Origin: Planctomycetaceae bacterium
GTDB taxonomy: Bacteria; Planctomycetota; Planctomycetia; Planctomycetales; Planctomycetaceae
DNA: 64,000 nucleotides
Direction of reading: 5' to 3'
NCBI GenBank assembly: GCA_046349675.1
Contig: JAXMBW010000020.1
Coordinates: 2,741-66,740, forward strand
The position numbers and the translations under genes were made by a program. Position 1 is the first letter of the stretch; the number at the start of each line of letters is the position of its first letter. Under the pieces are notes generated by a model that saw only the letters and a list, made by a program, of their open reading frames with translations, was not told the DNA's origin and did no database searches. Below, piece by piece: positions 28,301 to 36,986 of the stretch.

Positions 28301-31300
28301 ATCCTGGCTGTTGAAGTCGAGCCGCTATGACGTCCAGTCCGAGGTCTCGGGACCGCCACGAATCACAGCCACATACCAGGTGACTGTCTTCGGAGATGTC
28401 GTGCCAACGCTGCTCAAACTTCCATTGAGCGGTGTCTCGCTGGATCAGGTCGAGGGGTTGATCGATGGCCAGACTGTTCGTCTGATCCCCGCTGCCGACC
28501 GACTCGGATTTCTGCTTCCGGTGAACAGCGACAGAGGCGACAAGCTGCCGGCCCCGCCCCCCGCAGCCCGTCCAACCACGGGCCCTCGCCCCGTGACGAA
28601 CCGAACCATCGTCCTCAAGTTCCGCCCTCTCCCCGAGGCCCTCAATGACGACCAAAGCCGGTTCTCGGCTTCGATTCCTCCGCTCCCCGAATCCACCGTC
28701 GTATTCCAATCGGGCCGTTGGCGACTCGGTAGCGACTCGTCCGACACATCCACATCGGGGAACTCAGCATCACCTCGCACGGTTGAACTCGGACCAGCGA
28801 GCCAGCTGAATCTGCAGACAGGCCCCCCCTCTCTCTTGCCGGTCGACAATGTCTCGGACGTACAGCTTCGGACACTGATTGAATGCGGCCCCTTGGGCGC
28901 GAAGCTACAAATTGCAGCCCTCCCCGTCATGACGGATTCGCTTTCGCCAGCAGAGGTCACGCTGGTTCTTCCCTCCGGCATCTTCATTCAATCGCTGTCC
29001 GGTCCGTCGCTCGACCAGTCCAAAGTCAACTACTCCGCCAAGGACACGCGAGTCACTCTACGTCTGCGGCCTTCACGATTCGAGGATGCAATCCCAGTCG
29101 TGATCAGTGCATTTATGCCCATCCGCGAGCAGGGATTTCAGTTTCTACCGCCACGTTGGAAGCCTCACCGCGGCAATCCAACGTCCACGACGGAACCTGA
29201 TTCAGAATTCACGCCCGACTCCCGATTGGAGAAGTCGTTTGTCGGAGTGGTCGCCAAACCCGGGTTCCGAATCACCGATACCTCGAACCGACTCACGATC
29301 GTCCCCGTGTCTCCCCAGGCATTCTCCGACTCCCTGTTCACGAGTCTCGACTGGCAGACGCCCGATCTCGCCTGGACCTGCCGGGATGCAAATGGCCCGT
29401 CCTGGACGATCGACGCGACTCCCAGTGTCAGCCGAGGCTCCCTGGTGCAGACGATCACTCTCAAGGTGCCGCAATCCGACTGGCGGTTGGAGGCGGGAAT
29501 CACCACAGCTCAGGGTGTTCCCTTCGAGCATGTCTTCAAAATCGATCGTCGGATCGACATTCATCGGGCCACGGTTCAGCAGGATGGTGCCGATCGCCTC
29601 CTGCACTGGACACGAATTGGCGACGAGTTGCGACTCAGCATTCGCGACGGCCAGCCCGGAACACAAACAGTCGTCATCGACGGATCGATCGCTCAGGGCG
29701 GTGGCGCATGGGAGCCCCCCGCCTGTGATTATCTATCGGGGCAGACGATCGAATCTTCGGTCATTGTGCGTAACTCGTCGCGCGTGACATCGACCCTCCG
29801 CTGGGCAGACTCGACGACCCGCCTGCGTCCCAACCTCGAGCAGTCGGACGAAGAGGTCCGCTATCGACCCGGAACGCCGACGGCTCCGTTGAACATCCGT
29901 GTCGAACCCGTGGCGGAAGAACGCTCCGCGCGAGTCTGGGTGGATCTGGTGCCGCAACGGGACCGTCCCTGGCAGGTCACACTCCGGCTTCAGTTAAAAG
30001 ACAACCTGCCCTTCGCGACCTCCGTGCGAATTATCTGGGACCAGCCGGGACTCACCGATTTGCACATGATGAATTCGCGAGAGATCGCGTCCGGCAAGGG
30101 ACTCACCTGGCGACCACAAACGCTCGCTTCCAAGCCCGCTGAACTGACCCTCTCAGCTGCCATTGATGAAAACACTGTTCGCAGCCAGCCGATCCGCCTG
30201 CCACAGTTTTCGGGGATCGCCTGTTCAGAGATCTGGGTCTCGCTGCCGCGAGGTTCGGGATATCGCCCCATTCGATCGAGCTCTTCGCTTCTTCCGGCCG
30301 CTCCCACGAACTGGCCCGCGATATGGACCGAGAACCTGACCAACGCTCGGGAGGATTTGTATGCCTGTTCCAATCAGGAGCTGACGATCGAAGCCACCTC
30401 CAGCGAACCAATCGTGCGTCCCGTCCGGGCGGAAACGCTGATCTGGATGGACGGAGGAATCGACCCCGCCTCGGATGGATGCACGGGGATCACGAAGTAC
30501 CTGATGATCGCCGAGCGGGAGACCTCGCTCGAGATTCCCAAAGAGGTCCGAACCTTTATCCGAGCCATTGCAGTCGACGGACATACGCAACCCGTCGAGT
30601 CGCACATCCGCATCCCCTCTCGCACCAATGACCTGTCCCACGAGATCGTTGTCTGGTGGCAATCCGAGGGGCCACCACCCGAAACCATGTCCCGCGATCT
30701 GATCCGCCTGCCGGGCTCAATCCCATTCCCTCACTGGATCGGCGTCGTGCCCCCCCACCAGCAAGTTCTGCTCGACCTGTGGGGCAACCGAACCTCCCTG
30801 CTCAGCGAGTTCTGGCTCGATCGGGCCGAGTCGATCCTGAAGGCCGCCGGAGAATTTCAGGGAGCCCCCTGGTCAGTCGACGGTCCTCTGCTCCACCAGT
30901 TGGCTGACAGCCGGGACGAGTTAAGCCGGGTGACCGAGTTGTCGAAAGAAGAACATAGCCGGAACGAAGTCATCAACTTTAAGTGGAATGCTTTCTCTCA
31001 AACCGGGAGCAGCATTACCGCGCCCCCCGTTCGTGACACCGGGGAGACTCACTTTTCCGGGCTCGATGCGATTCTGGCCCTCTGTGGTGAATCGCGTTCG
31101 CTCTGGCTCAGCTCCGACAAGTATCCCTACAGCGGTCCACGCCTGCTCGATCGACACTGGGCGATCACGATCACTGCAGCTCTGGCCTCGCTGGTGTCTC
31201 TGCTGTTGCTGACATGGATTGTCAGTATTTTCCGGCGACTCGATGTCGCCGAAAAGTTGGCGGCACATCCATACTCGGCGATGGTGGGGCTGGGAATCGT

Positions 31301-31433
31301 CTGGTGGATCTTCTTTTCTCCGAGTGTGCTGGGACTGGTCTTTGCCCTGTCGGGGATCGCGATGGGAGCCCGCGATCGCATTCTGGCCGCACGCGCCCAA
31401 GCCGCCGCAGCTGCGGCCAATAGCCCCGCCTGA
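25383..31433 (+). CDS. giant multi-pass hypothetical protein (2016 aa)
   Basis: ATGA overlaps the upstream stop. It has an N-terminal signal/anchor (WLCLLVGFAGLWLSALGLTAA). A mid-protein cluster of three TM helices lies at nt 27846-28040, followed by a second signal-like segment. A C-terminal cluster of three TM helices lies at nt 31155-31370. I recognised no known motif. Confidence 0.8.
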   Translation: MTSTRSYRLGRTRWLCLLVGFAGLWLSALGLTAAEPSIRLKKIEPPARWNAPENIDRWIRTTDADWQRFKHALSHVGDKSPPPGPVVVDAVYRATFDGTSLTQGTLDWKVDRIGSTAGFVSLGKSSLAVSQLNWQNREAVHGVTATGEWMLWCESDENQLSGHWSHRGESKLDTVVFQMALPRALSSHLEIAVPDGWRAHVQGTIGPETPGEFSSEKKAWTFELGRQQKFQLTLSKPTSSDTPQILLKESTVYGLNNTDDLIRLQTDLECTVSGAKDAELVLNVPKPLRVLNVLLGTELPLTFVRELGGEEDRIKIPLRSLTPGERITLRILGEATRRSDRPFSLPRLRPVNALYQEGNIRLAVFRPLEVRSVEVVGLRQTQLTEEEGQEIRAYEVLSNACTLSLQVGEPTALLQGEILFIADVRGESPTSRVRMRLSTREGELFSPRMQIPEGWDLITVDMAETSDIVPTAWQVTQSPTGDNQLDIELRQPIRPDRDCTLLLEFKSVALKPGAARRLPIPRLIDPQTSYVRGVVWDNAPWELDESSTGSVELDGNPADEDLIQSVKWTRSEDSRAIPTGIRITGYNSQVKTLFRAERTTSADPAQSAGSGEVAAGPSLLCANLELETRTSRVGKSHPHRALFQFTRPTTPGEFRLTLPSEGELARIIADEREISFVRRSSEIILDPASKPFTELVLEYRTTASPGWIVSRDEVVFPQLSCFVTEFAWHLVLDPERMLYRLPFTAAVSPREMPQTWERLLGPLARHAGETVFNPFSRKDWSALINGTTREGSKTPPQDAWFVASHTPERITMKTWKLDVSHGLAWCSFLGFLAGGIALRRARRSWFRRSWIYLGGLWLVIAVFVAEPYAPIAGGAFLGTILAIIVPRRFAIGSDLLDSPQQSNPSKYGSTAIITGCLLAVGAHQFSTASLGQEEIESPELAYFEIEDQGQTFVVFDSAFRSQWAAWREEESGPSWLLKSSRYDVQSEVSGPPRITATYQVTVFGDVVPTLLKLPLSGVSLDQVEGLIDGQTVRLIPAADRLGFLLPVNSDRGDKLPAPPPAARPTTGPRPVTNRTIVLKFRPLPEALNDDQSRFSASIPPLPESTVVFQSGRWRLGSDSSDTSTSGNSASPRTVELGPASQLNLQTGPPSLLPVDNVSDVQLRTLIECGPLGAKLQIAALPVMTDSLSPAEVTLVLPSGIFIQSLSGPSLDQSKVNYSAKDTRVTLRLRPSRFEDAIPVVISAFMPIREQGFQFLPPRWKPHRGNPTSTTEPDSEFTPDSRLEKSFVGVVAKPGFRITDTSNRLTIVPVSPQAFSDSLFTSLDWQTPDLAWTCRDANGPSWTIDATPSVSRGSLVQTITLKVPQSDWRLEAGITTAQGVPFEHVFKIDRRIDIHRATVQQDGADRLLHWTRIGDELRLSIRDGQPGTQTVVIDGSIAQGGGAWEPPACDYLSGQTIESSVIVRNSSRVTSTLRWADSTTRLRPNLEQSDEEVRYRPGTPTAPLNIRVEPVAEERSARVWVDLVPQRDRPWQVTLRLQLKDNLPFATSVRIIWDQPGLTDLHMMNSREIASGKGLTWRPQTLASKPAELTLSAAIDENTVRSQPIRLPQFSGIACSEIWVSLPRGSGYRPIRSSSSLLPAAPTNWPAIWTENLTNAREDLYACSNQELTIEATSSEPIVRPVRAETLIWMDGGIDPASDGCTGITKYLMIAERETSLEIPKEVRTFIRAIAVDGHTQPVESHIRIPSRTNDLSHEIVVWWQSEGPPPETMSRDLIRLPGSIPFPHWIGVVPPHQQVLLDLWGNRTSLLSEFWLDRAESILKAAGEFQGAPWSVDGPLLHQLADSRDELSRVTELSKEEHSRNEVINFKWNAFSQTGSSITAPPVRDTGETHFSGLDAILALCGESRSLWLSSDKYPYSGPRLLDRHWAITITAALASLVSLLLLTWIVSIFRRLDVAEKLAAHPYSAMVGLGIVWWIFFSPSVLGLVFALSGIAMGARDRILAARAQAAAAAANSPA

Positions 31434-31531
31434 CCTCGAACCCCGGATCGACATCTGGTAGCGTTTCCGCTGAGCAGATGTCCGCAACTGGACTACGCTC
31501 AACGCGGGGCCAACGCGGAAGGATTTGCGGA

Positions 31532-33181
31532 ATGAAGCGTTTCATCGGTGTGTTGGCCTGGAGTCTGGTGGCTCTGATCTTAGGAGCTGATGACTGCTGG
31601 GCGGCGGAACCGGTCTCAGCGACTCTGGTTCTCAAGAACGCGAGCTTGCTCGATGGATCTGGCTCACCCGCCGTCACGGGGAACGTGGCGATCTCGAAAG
31701 GGGAGATCATTGCCGTTGGCGAGTTCGAGGTGGCCGGGACCCCATGGGTGATCGACTGCCAGGGACTCATCGTCTGCCCGGGCTTTATCGATTTACATAA
31801 TCACAGCGACCGCCCGATCGTTGAGCCGCAGACCCGCGGTGCGGTGAACTACCTGATGCAGGGTTGTACGACGATCGTAAACGGCAACTGCGGAGCTGGG
31901 CCGGTTGATGCGGACAAGCTGTACCGCGATGTCGATGCCCAGGGGGCGGGAGTCAACGTCGCCCACCTGATCCCTCAAGGGGCTGTCCGCGACGCAGTGA
32001 TTGGCAACGTGAATCGGCCGCCGACCGAAGACGAACTTGCGCAGATGAAGGCACTCTGCGAGAAGGCGATGCTCGATGGTTGCTGGGGCATGTCGACCGG
32101 ATTGATCTACGTCCCGAGCGGGTACGCCCAGACCGATGAGCTGGTCGCCCTCTCCAAGGTCGTTACCTCCCACGGCGGGATCTACGTTAGCCACATGCGG
32201 GACGAGGGAAATGGTCTCATGAACTCAGTCCAGGAGTTGCTGGAGATCGGTCGTCAGGCCGATATTCCGGTGCATGCCTCGCACTTCAAAGCCAATGGTC
32301 GTGACGCGTGGGGGCTGTCAGCTGATGCTGTTCGCTTCATCGAAGAGGCTCGCAATACCGGACTCAAGGTGACCGCCGACCAGTACCCCTACAACGCATC
32401 GAGTACCTCGCTCGAAGCAACCGTCATTCCGAAGGACATGCGGGAAGGCAGCCGCAGTGACCTGATCAAACGCCTCGAAGCGGCGACTCCCGACTCCACG
32501 CTGTGGAAGGTCATCTCCAACGAAATCAAAGACAAGGACCACGGCAAGGAGATCCGCATCGCCCGGTTCGACGCCCGCCCCGACTGGATCGGTCGCAGCC
32601 TCGCCGACGTCGCGGAGAAAGAGAAGAAAGACCCAGTCGAGATCGTTGTGATGGCCACCAAAGCGGGTGGCGCATCGGTCGTGAACTTTGGCATGAACGA
32701 GCAGGAAGTCCGCGACATCATGGCCCTCAGCTGGGTCGCCACCGCCAGCGACGGACGGGCCGAGGTTCCCAATGCCGACCGGCCTCATCCCCGTTCGTAT
32801 GGGACCTTCTCGCGAAAGATCGGGTTCTATTCCCTCAAGGAGAAGATCATCCCGCTCGAACACGCGGTCCGGAGCGCGACGGGGTTACCTGCAGATATTC
32901 TCGGCCTCGCGAATGCGAAACGGCTGAGGGCAGGGCTGGCGTCGAAGGAACAGAAGCCGCCCGCCGATCCCCTGCCGCGTGGTTACTTGAAGCCGGGATA
33001 CGCGGCTGACGTGACGGTGTTCGACCCCCAGAAGTTCATTGACCAGGCCACCTTCGACGAGCCGCATCGCTACAGCGCCGGGCTGCGATATGTCTTCGTC
33101 AACGGAATCCCAGCTGTGTACGAGGGAACTCCGACCGGAGCCCTGTCCGGGGTGTCACTGCGAAGTCGCTCCAGTAAATGA
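31532..33181 (+). CDS. N-acyl-D-amino-acid deacylase (D-aminoacylase) family amidohydrolase, secreted
   Basis: It has the MKRFIGVLAWSLVALILG signal, the GFIDLHNHSD metal motif and the ADQYPYNASSTSL block typical of D-aminoacylases. Confidence 0.8.
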   Translation: MKRFIGVLAWSLVALILGADDCWAAEPVSATLVLKNASLLDGSGSPAVTGNVAISKGEIIAVGEFEVAGTPWVIDCQGLIVCPGFIDLHNHSDRPIVEPQTRGAVNYLMQGCTTIVNGNCGAGPVDADKLYRDVDAQGAGVNVAHLIPQGAVRDAVIGNVNRPPTEDELAQMKALCEKAMLDGCWGMSTGLIYVPSGYAQTDELVALSKVVTSHGGIYVSHMRDEGNGLMNSVQELLEIGRQADIPVHASHFKANGRDAWGLSADAVRFIEEARNTGLKVTADQYPYNASSTSLEATVIPKDMREGSRSDLIKRLEAATPDSTLWKVISNEIKDKDHGKEIRIARFDARPDWIGRSLADVAEKEKKDPVEIVVMATKAGGASVVNFGMNEQEVRDIMALSWVATASDGRAEVPNADRPHPRSYGTFSRKIGFYSLKEKIIPLEHAVRSATGLPADILGLANAKRLRAGLASKEQKPPADPLPRGYLKPGYAADVTVFDPQKFIDQATFDEPHRYSAGLRYVFVNGIPAVYEGTPTGALSGVSLRSRSSK

Positions 33182-33414
33182 GACAGCGACCGTCAGTTCC
33201 CCGGGAATTCGTGGGAACGCGTCGTTTTTTCTCCCGGCGGAGTTGACGATCTTCGCCAATTCCTAAGACTGAGTGTTCGCCGGGCGAACCGCCACTGTCG
33301 AGAATCGGTCTGCTCTCAGAACCACGCAGCTGCGCTCGCTGGTTGCTTCTGATTCTCGCAATCGACGGGGGACGCCAGACCTACCCCTCCCCGACTCCAT
33401 CTCAAGGACTGTCC

Positions 33415-34425
33415 ATGATTCGCGTCGCCATTCTTGGAGCCACGGGGTACACCGCCTACGAGCTGATTCGCCTACTGCTTCGTCATCCGCAAGCCCAGGT
33501 CACCGTGGTCACCAGTCGCAGTGAGACTTCGCACATCACTCAGGTTCACCCGGCATTGTACGGGCGACTCGACCTGAAGCTGGAGAACCCGTCACCAGAA
33601 GAGCTGGCCGCTCGGGCCGATGTCTGTTTCTGCTGCCTGCCGCATGTGGCCAGCATGGAGACAGTGCCCAAGCTGTTGTCAGCTGGGTTAAAGGTGATTG
33701 ACCTGTCGGCGGACTACCGCCTCAAGGACCCGGGCGTCTACGAGACGTGGTACAAGCATGTCCACACCGACCCGACTCGGTTGGGGACCACGGTGTACGG
33801 ACTGCCCGAGTTGTTCGCCAGTCGCATCGCCGGACAGTCTCTGATCGCGAACCCGGGTTGCTACACCAGCACGTCGATTCTTGCTCTGGCACCTCTGCTC
33901 GACGCCAAGCTCATCGAACCGACGGGCATCATCATCGATGCCAAGAGTGGCGTCTCGGGGGCGGGCCGAACCCCCAAGACCAACATTCTCTATGCGGAGT
34001 GCAACGAGAGTTTCTCAGCTTACGCGGTGGGAGATCATCGCCACACGCCCGAGATTGAACAGGTCCTGACCGAGTCGAGCGGACAAAAGGTCGACGTGAT
34101 CTTCACGCCGCACCTTGTGCCGATGGATCGCGGCATCCTCGCCACGATCTACGCAACGCCCAAGGGCTCGGTCACACAGGCCCAGCTGCTGGAGGCGATG
34201 CGGAAGTTCTATACCGGCAAACCATTCGTGCGTGTCGTCGAGCATCTGCCTCGCACCAAGGATGTGTCGTTCACGAACTACTGTGACATCACCGCGCGGG
34301 TGGTACGTGGCAAGGTGCTGGTCTTCGGGGCGCTCGACAACCTGATCAAGGGAGCTTCCGGAGTCGCCGTCCAGAACTTCAACCTGATGTGTGGTTTCCC
34401 GGAGGCGACAGCTCTGGAAGCCTAA
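33415..34425 (+). CDS. argC: N-acetyl-gamma-glutamyl-phosphate reductase
   Basis: It has the [21 protein letters not shown] Rossmann start, the active-site region NPGCYTS and the GAGR block. Confidence 0.9.
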   Translation: MIRVAILGATGYTAYELIRLLLRHPQAQVTVVTSRSETSHITQVHPALYGRLDLKLENPSPEELAARADVCFCCLPHVASMETVPKLLSAGLKVIDLSADYRLKDPGVYETWYKHVHTDPTRLGTTVYGLPELFASRIAGQSLIANPGCYTSTSILALAPLLDAKLIEPTGIIIDAKSGVSGAGRTPKTNILYAECNESFSAYAVGDHRHTPEIEQVLTESSGQKVDVIFTPHLVPMDRGILATIYATPKGSVTQAQLLEAMRKFYTGKPFVRVVEHLPRTKDVSFTNYCDITARVVRGKVLVFGALDNLIKGASGVAVQNFNLMCGFPEATALEA

Positions 34426-34520
34426 GGCGGAGTGGAACTTCTCCCGGAATCGCGGCACAATCGCAACAAGCTCACCGCAGACATCTTCCCTGATCGACTC
34501 TCCTTATTGGACTACCCCTG

Positions 34521-35471
34521 ATGGATCTCCTCTCCACCCTCTCCGGCTCGTTGATGGAAGGCTTTTTCCCCGCAGGTTGGGATCTGGCCAAGATCGATGC
34601 CTGTGTCGATCCCGATCCGACCACCATCACCGAGCGGCAGAAGTGGTGGCACCCCAAGTTCCAGCCGTTCCCCTGCAAGACGCTCGCTGACTTCGATGCC
34701 TACATGGGACACGAAATCGCCCAGCTAATCCGTCGGACCCGCGATGCCGGGCAAAAGCTGGCGATGATCCTGCCGGTTGGGCCGATGGGGATGTACCGCT
34801 GGGCAGTTTATTTTCTGACCGAGTGGGGCGTCTCGTGCGACCATGTCTATGGCTTCAACATGGACGAGTGGAGCGACGCCCAGGGCAACACACTCCCCTC
34901 GGACAACCCGGGTGCGTTCCAGTACGCGATGGAGAACGCGTTCTATGGACCACTGGGCAAGCTGACCGTCCCCAAGAAGCAGCGGCATTTCGCCACCAAG
35001 AAGATGTTGCCGACCTATGGCGATCGCATCGGCGAGCTGAAGGCTGCGGGAGCCCAGCTGTCGGTCGCCTTTGGAATCGGTCGCGTCTGCCACATCGCGT
35101 TCTGGGAGCCGCACTTTGCTGCGGAGTTTAAGAGCGAGGCCGAATGGAAGGCCCAGACCCATCGCCTGGGAGCCAAGCTGCACCCGCTGACCGTCGAGCA
35201 GAACGCGATCACCAGCTTCAAGAGCCGGACGACGTTGGTGCCGGCCTTTGCGAACACGATCGGGCCGGGCCTGTTCCTCAACGCCGATTACATCATCGGC
35301 GGGGCAGATGGATCACTGGGACGCGGCATGATGTGGCAGGGCTTGAGCCTGTGGATGACGCTGCGGCATAAGCCGACATCGTGGATCCCCTCCACCTACA
35401 TGCCAACCCAGCCGGGCCGCCTCTTCTTCCTGGAAGAACTCGCCGGGCCGCTGGTCGCCGAGTGCAACTAA
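34521..35471 (+). CDS. glucosamine-6-phosphate deaminase/isomerase (NagB)-like protein
   Basis: [16 protein letters not shown] and [13 protein letters not shown] parallel the NagB blocks LPTGGTP, FNMDEY and GxGxDGHIAFNEP. Confidence 0.6.
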   Translation: MDLLSTLSGSLMEGFFPAGWDLAKIDACVDPDPTTITERQKWWHPKFQPFPCKTLADFDAYMGHEIAQLIRRTRDAGQKLAMILPVGPMGMYRWAVYFLTEWGVSCDHVYGFNMDEWSDAQGNTLPSDNPGAFQYAMENAFYGPLGKLTVPKKQRHFATKKMLPTYGDRIGELKAAGAQLSVAFGIGRVCHIAFWEPHFAAEFKSEAEWKAQTHRLGAKLHPLTVEQNAITSFKSRTTLVPAFANTIGPGLFLNADYIIGGADGSLGRGMMWQGLSLWMTLRHKPTSWIPSTYMPTQPGRLFFLEELAGPLVAECN

Positions 35472-35483
35472 CGAAAACGAGAC

Positions 35484-35533
35484 AGAGCGGGGTCGGCGGG
35501 AATTCACCCACCTGTCGACCTCGCTCTTTTTTT
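35484..35533 (+). terminator. intrinsic terminator between convergent genes
   Basis: A 12-bp stem pairs 35484-35495 with 35516-35527, including one G-T pair. The loop is 20 nt and a T7 run follows. Confidence 0.65.
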
Positions 35534-35537
35534 GGCT

Positions 35538-36833
35538 TTAGTACGAGAGAATCACTCTCAGCACAGCTGTGGAGGGATAATCGATCTCTCCCGGAGTCGA
35601 CAAGTATTCCAGTCGACGATTGAAGACATACCCCGCCTCAAATTGCCAGCTGAGGCCGGCGGGAGTTTTGTTCTCGATCCCCAGCAATAGTTGAAGGTCG
35701 TTGTACGTCGCGACATCGTCGGTGCCGTTGGTTCTCTGGAAGGCCCAGGATCCACCTCCGAGTTCACCCGTCGCATAAACCCAGCGTTCACGCTCTTCGT
35801 TGTGCGTGTAGCGATAACCGATGCGAGGCCGGGGGAACATGATGTCGAACTTCACATCGTCGGTCGGCGACCAGATGAAACCGGCAGCGGGGAGAGCGAT
35901 GATGTCCTGGCGATCGAGGTACACAAAGCCACCCGCCAGCTGCAGTTCCTGCGACCAGCGATAAAACACGAGACCGCGTCCCATCATGCGGAAGGCATGC
36001 TGCGTGGCCTTCAAATCACTAAACACACTCGGGACCGCAGCCAGCTGAATCGTCCAACGGTCATTGAGCGGGATAAACACCGTGGTATCGAGCGAGAAGT
36101 CGTACAGATTCGGCGGCAGATCGGTCGTGACGGGGGCTGACACGAAATGAATCCCCGCCCGCGGTGTCACAAACAGAAACGGCCAGCGGGAGAACTTGAA
36201 CGACTGCTTGGCTTCGATGCTGGTGATCCCCAAGCTTTCCGTCCCGGAAGTGAGTGTCTGGGCGACGAAGGTGAACTTGTGCAGTTCAATCCAGGAACGT
36301 TCTTCCAGTGGAAGATCCTCGTCCGGTCGCTCAACACTGGAACTGCGCCAGTCTCCCTCGCTCGACGGTGTCACCTCGCCATTGGGGTCTTCTCCCTCAT
36401 AGGCAGAGTCATCGAGCGGGTACTGCACCGGGATCGTTTCGAGAAGATTGCGACGCGAGAACCGCTCGGCGGCCTCCCACGCGTGATCACCCTCGGGTGA
36501 GGTCACTTCGGACTCCGTGTCTACCATCGAAGCATCGACTTCCGTCTCGACCACAGCGTCCCGGTCATCGCTCCCGGCTCTGCTCCTGTCGTGATCTGTC
36601 GTCGACTGAAATTGAAACGCTTCCTCGGCGACATCGGCAGGTGCTGCCGCTTGTTCATCGGAAAAATCAACGAAGCCGTGACCGGGATCCTTGGCCAGCG
36701 ACTGGCCAGGACCCGCGAGTCCTGCTCCCATCAGAAGCAGTAGAGCGGCAATAACACGTTGAAAGACCAAGAGTTGCGCCTGACTCTCAAAACCGGAACG
36801 GTTATCACCCCCCAGGAACGGGGGTGGAGACAT
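35538..36833 (-). CDS. secreted protein with acidic N-terminal region and predicted beta-rich C-terminal domain (possible outer-membrane barrel)
   Basis: It has a signal-like VIAALLLLMGAGLAGPGQSLA and an Asp/Glu-rich stretch of about 150 aa. Alternating hydrophobic strands follow, and the sequence ends in the aromatic terminus ...VLRVILSY. Confidence 0.5.
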   Translation of the reverse strand: MSPPPFLGGDNRSGFESQAQLLVFQRVIAALLLLMGAGLAGPGQSLAKDPGHGFVDFSDEQAAAPADVAEEAFQFQSTTDHDRSRAGSDDRDAVVETEVDASMVDTESEVTSPEGDHAWEAAERFSRRNLLETIPVQYPLDDSAYEGEDPNGEVTPSSEGDWRSSSVERPDEDLPLEERSWIELHKFTFVAQTLTSGTESLGITSIEAKQSFKFSRWPFLFVTPRAGIHFVSAPVTTDLPPNLYDFSLDTTVFIPLNDRWTIQLAAVPSVFSDLKATQHAFRMMGRGLVFYRWSQELQLAGGFVYLDRQDIIALPAAGFIWSPTDDVKFDIMFPRPRIGYRYTHNEERERWVYATGELGGGSWAFQRTNGTDDVATYNDLQLLLGIENKTPAGLSWQFEAGYVFNRRLEYLSTPGEIDYPSTAVLRVILSY

Positions 36834-36986
36834 CGATCGGGATAGCAGTCGATGCCTCCCAAGGTCAAGAGGGGAAACTTACGTTTTTTGAACCGCGGGA
36901 CAACAGATCGAGGCTTCGCTCGCAGTTCTCCGTTCCGGTATATATGACTTCGAACTTCCGCACTCTCACCACACCGGACACCGTAC

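Noticed and set aside
27237-28709. 490-aa minus-strand ORF, plus several 100-220-aa ORFs in other frames across 25.4-31.5 kb
   Set aside because: They are antisense to, or out of frame with, the uninterrupted 2016-aa ORF. Their composition is Arg/Gly/Pro-rich. A 6-kb open frame is far less likely to arise by chance.
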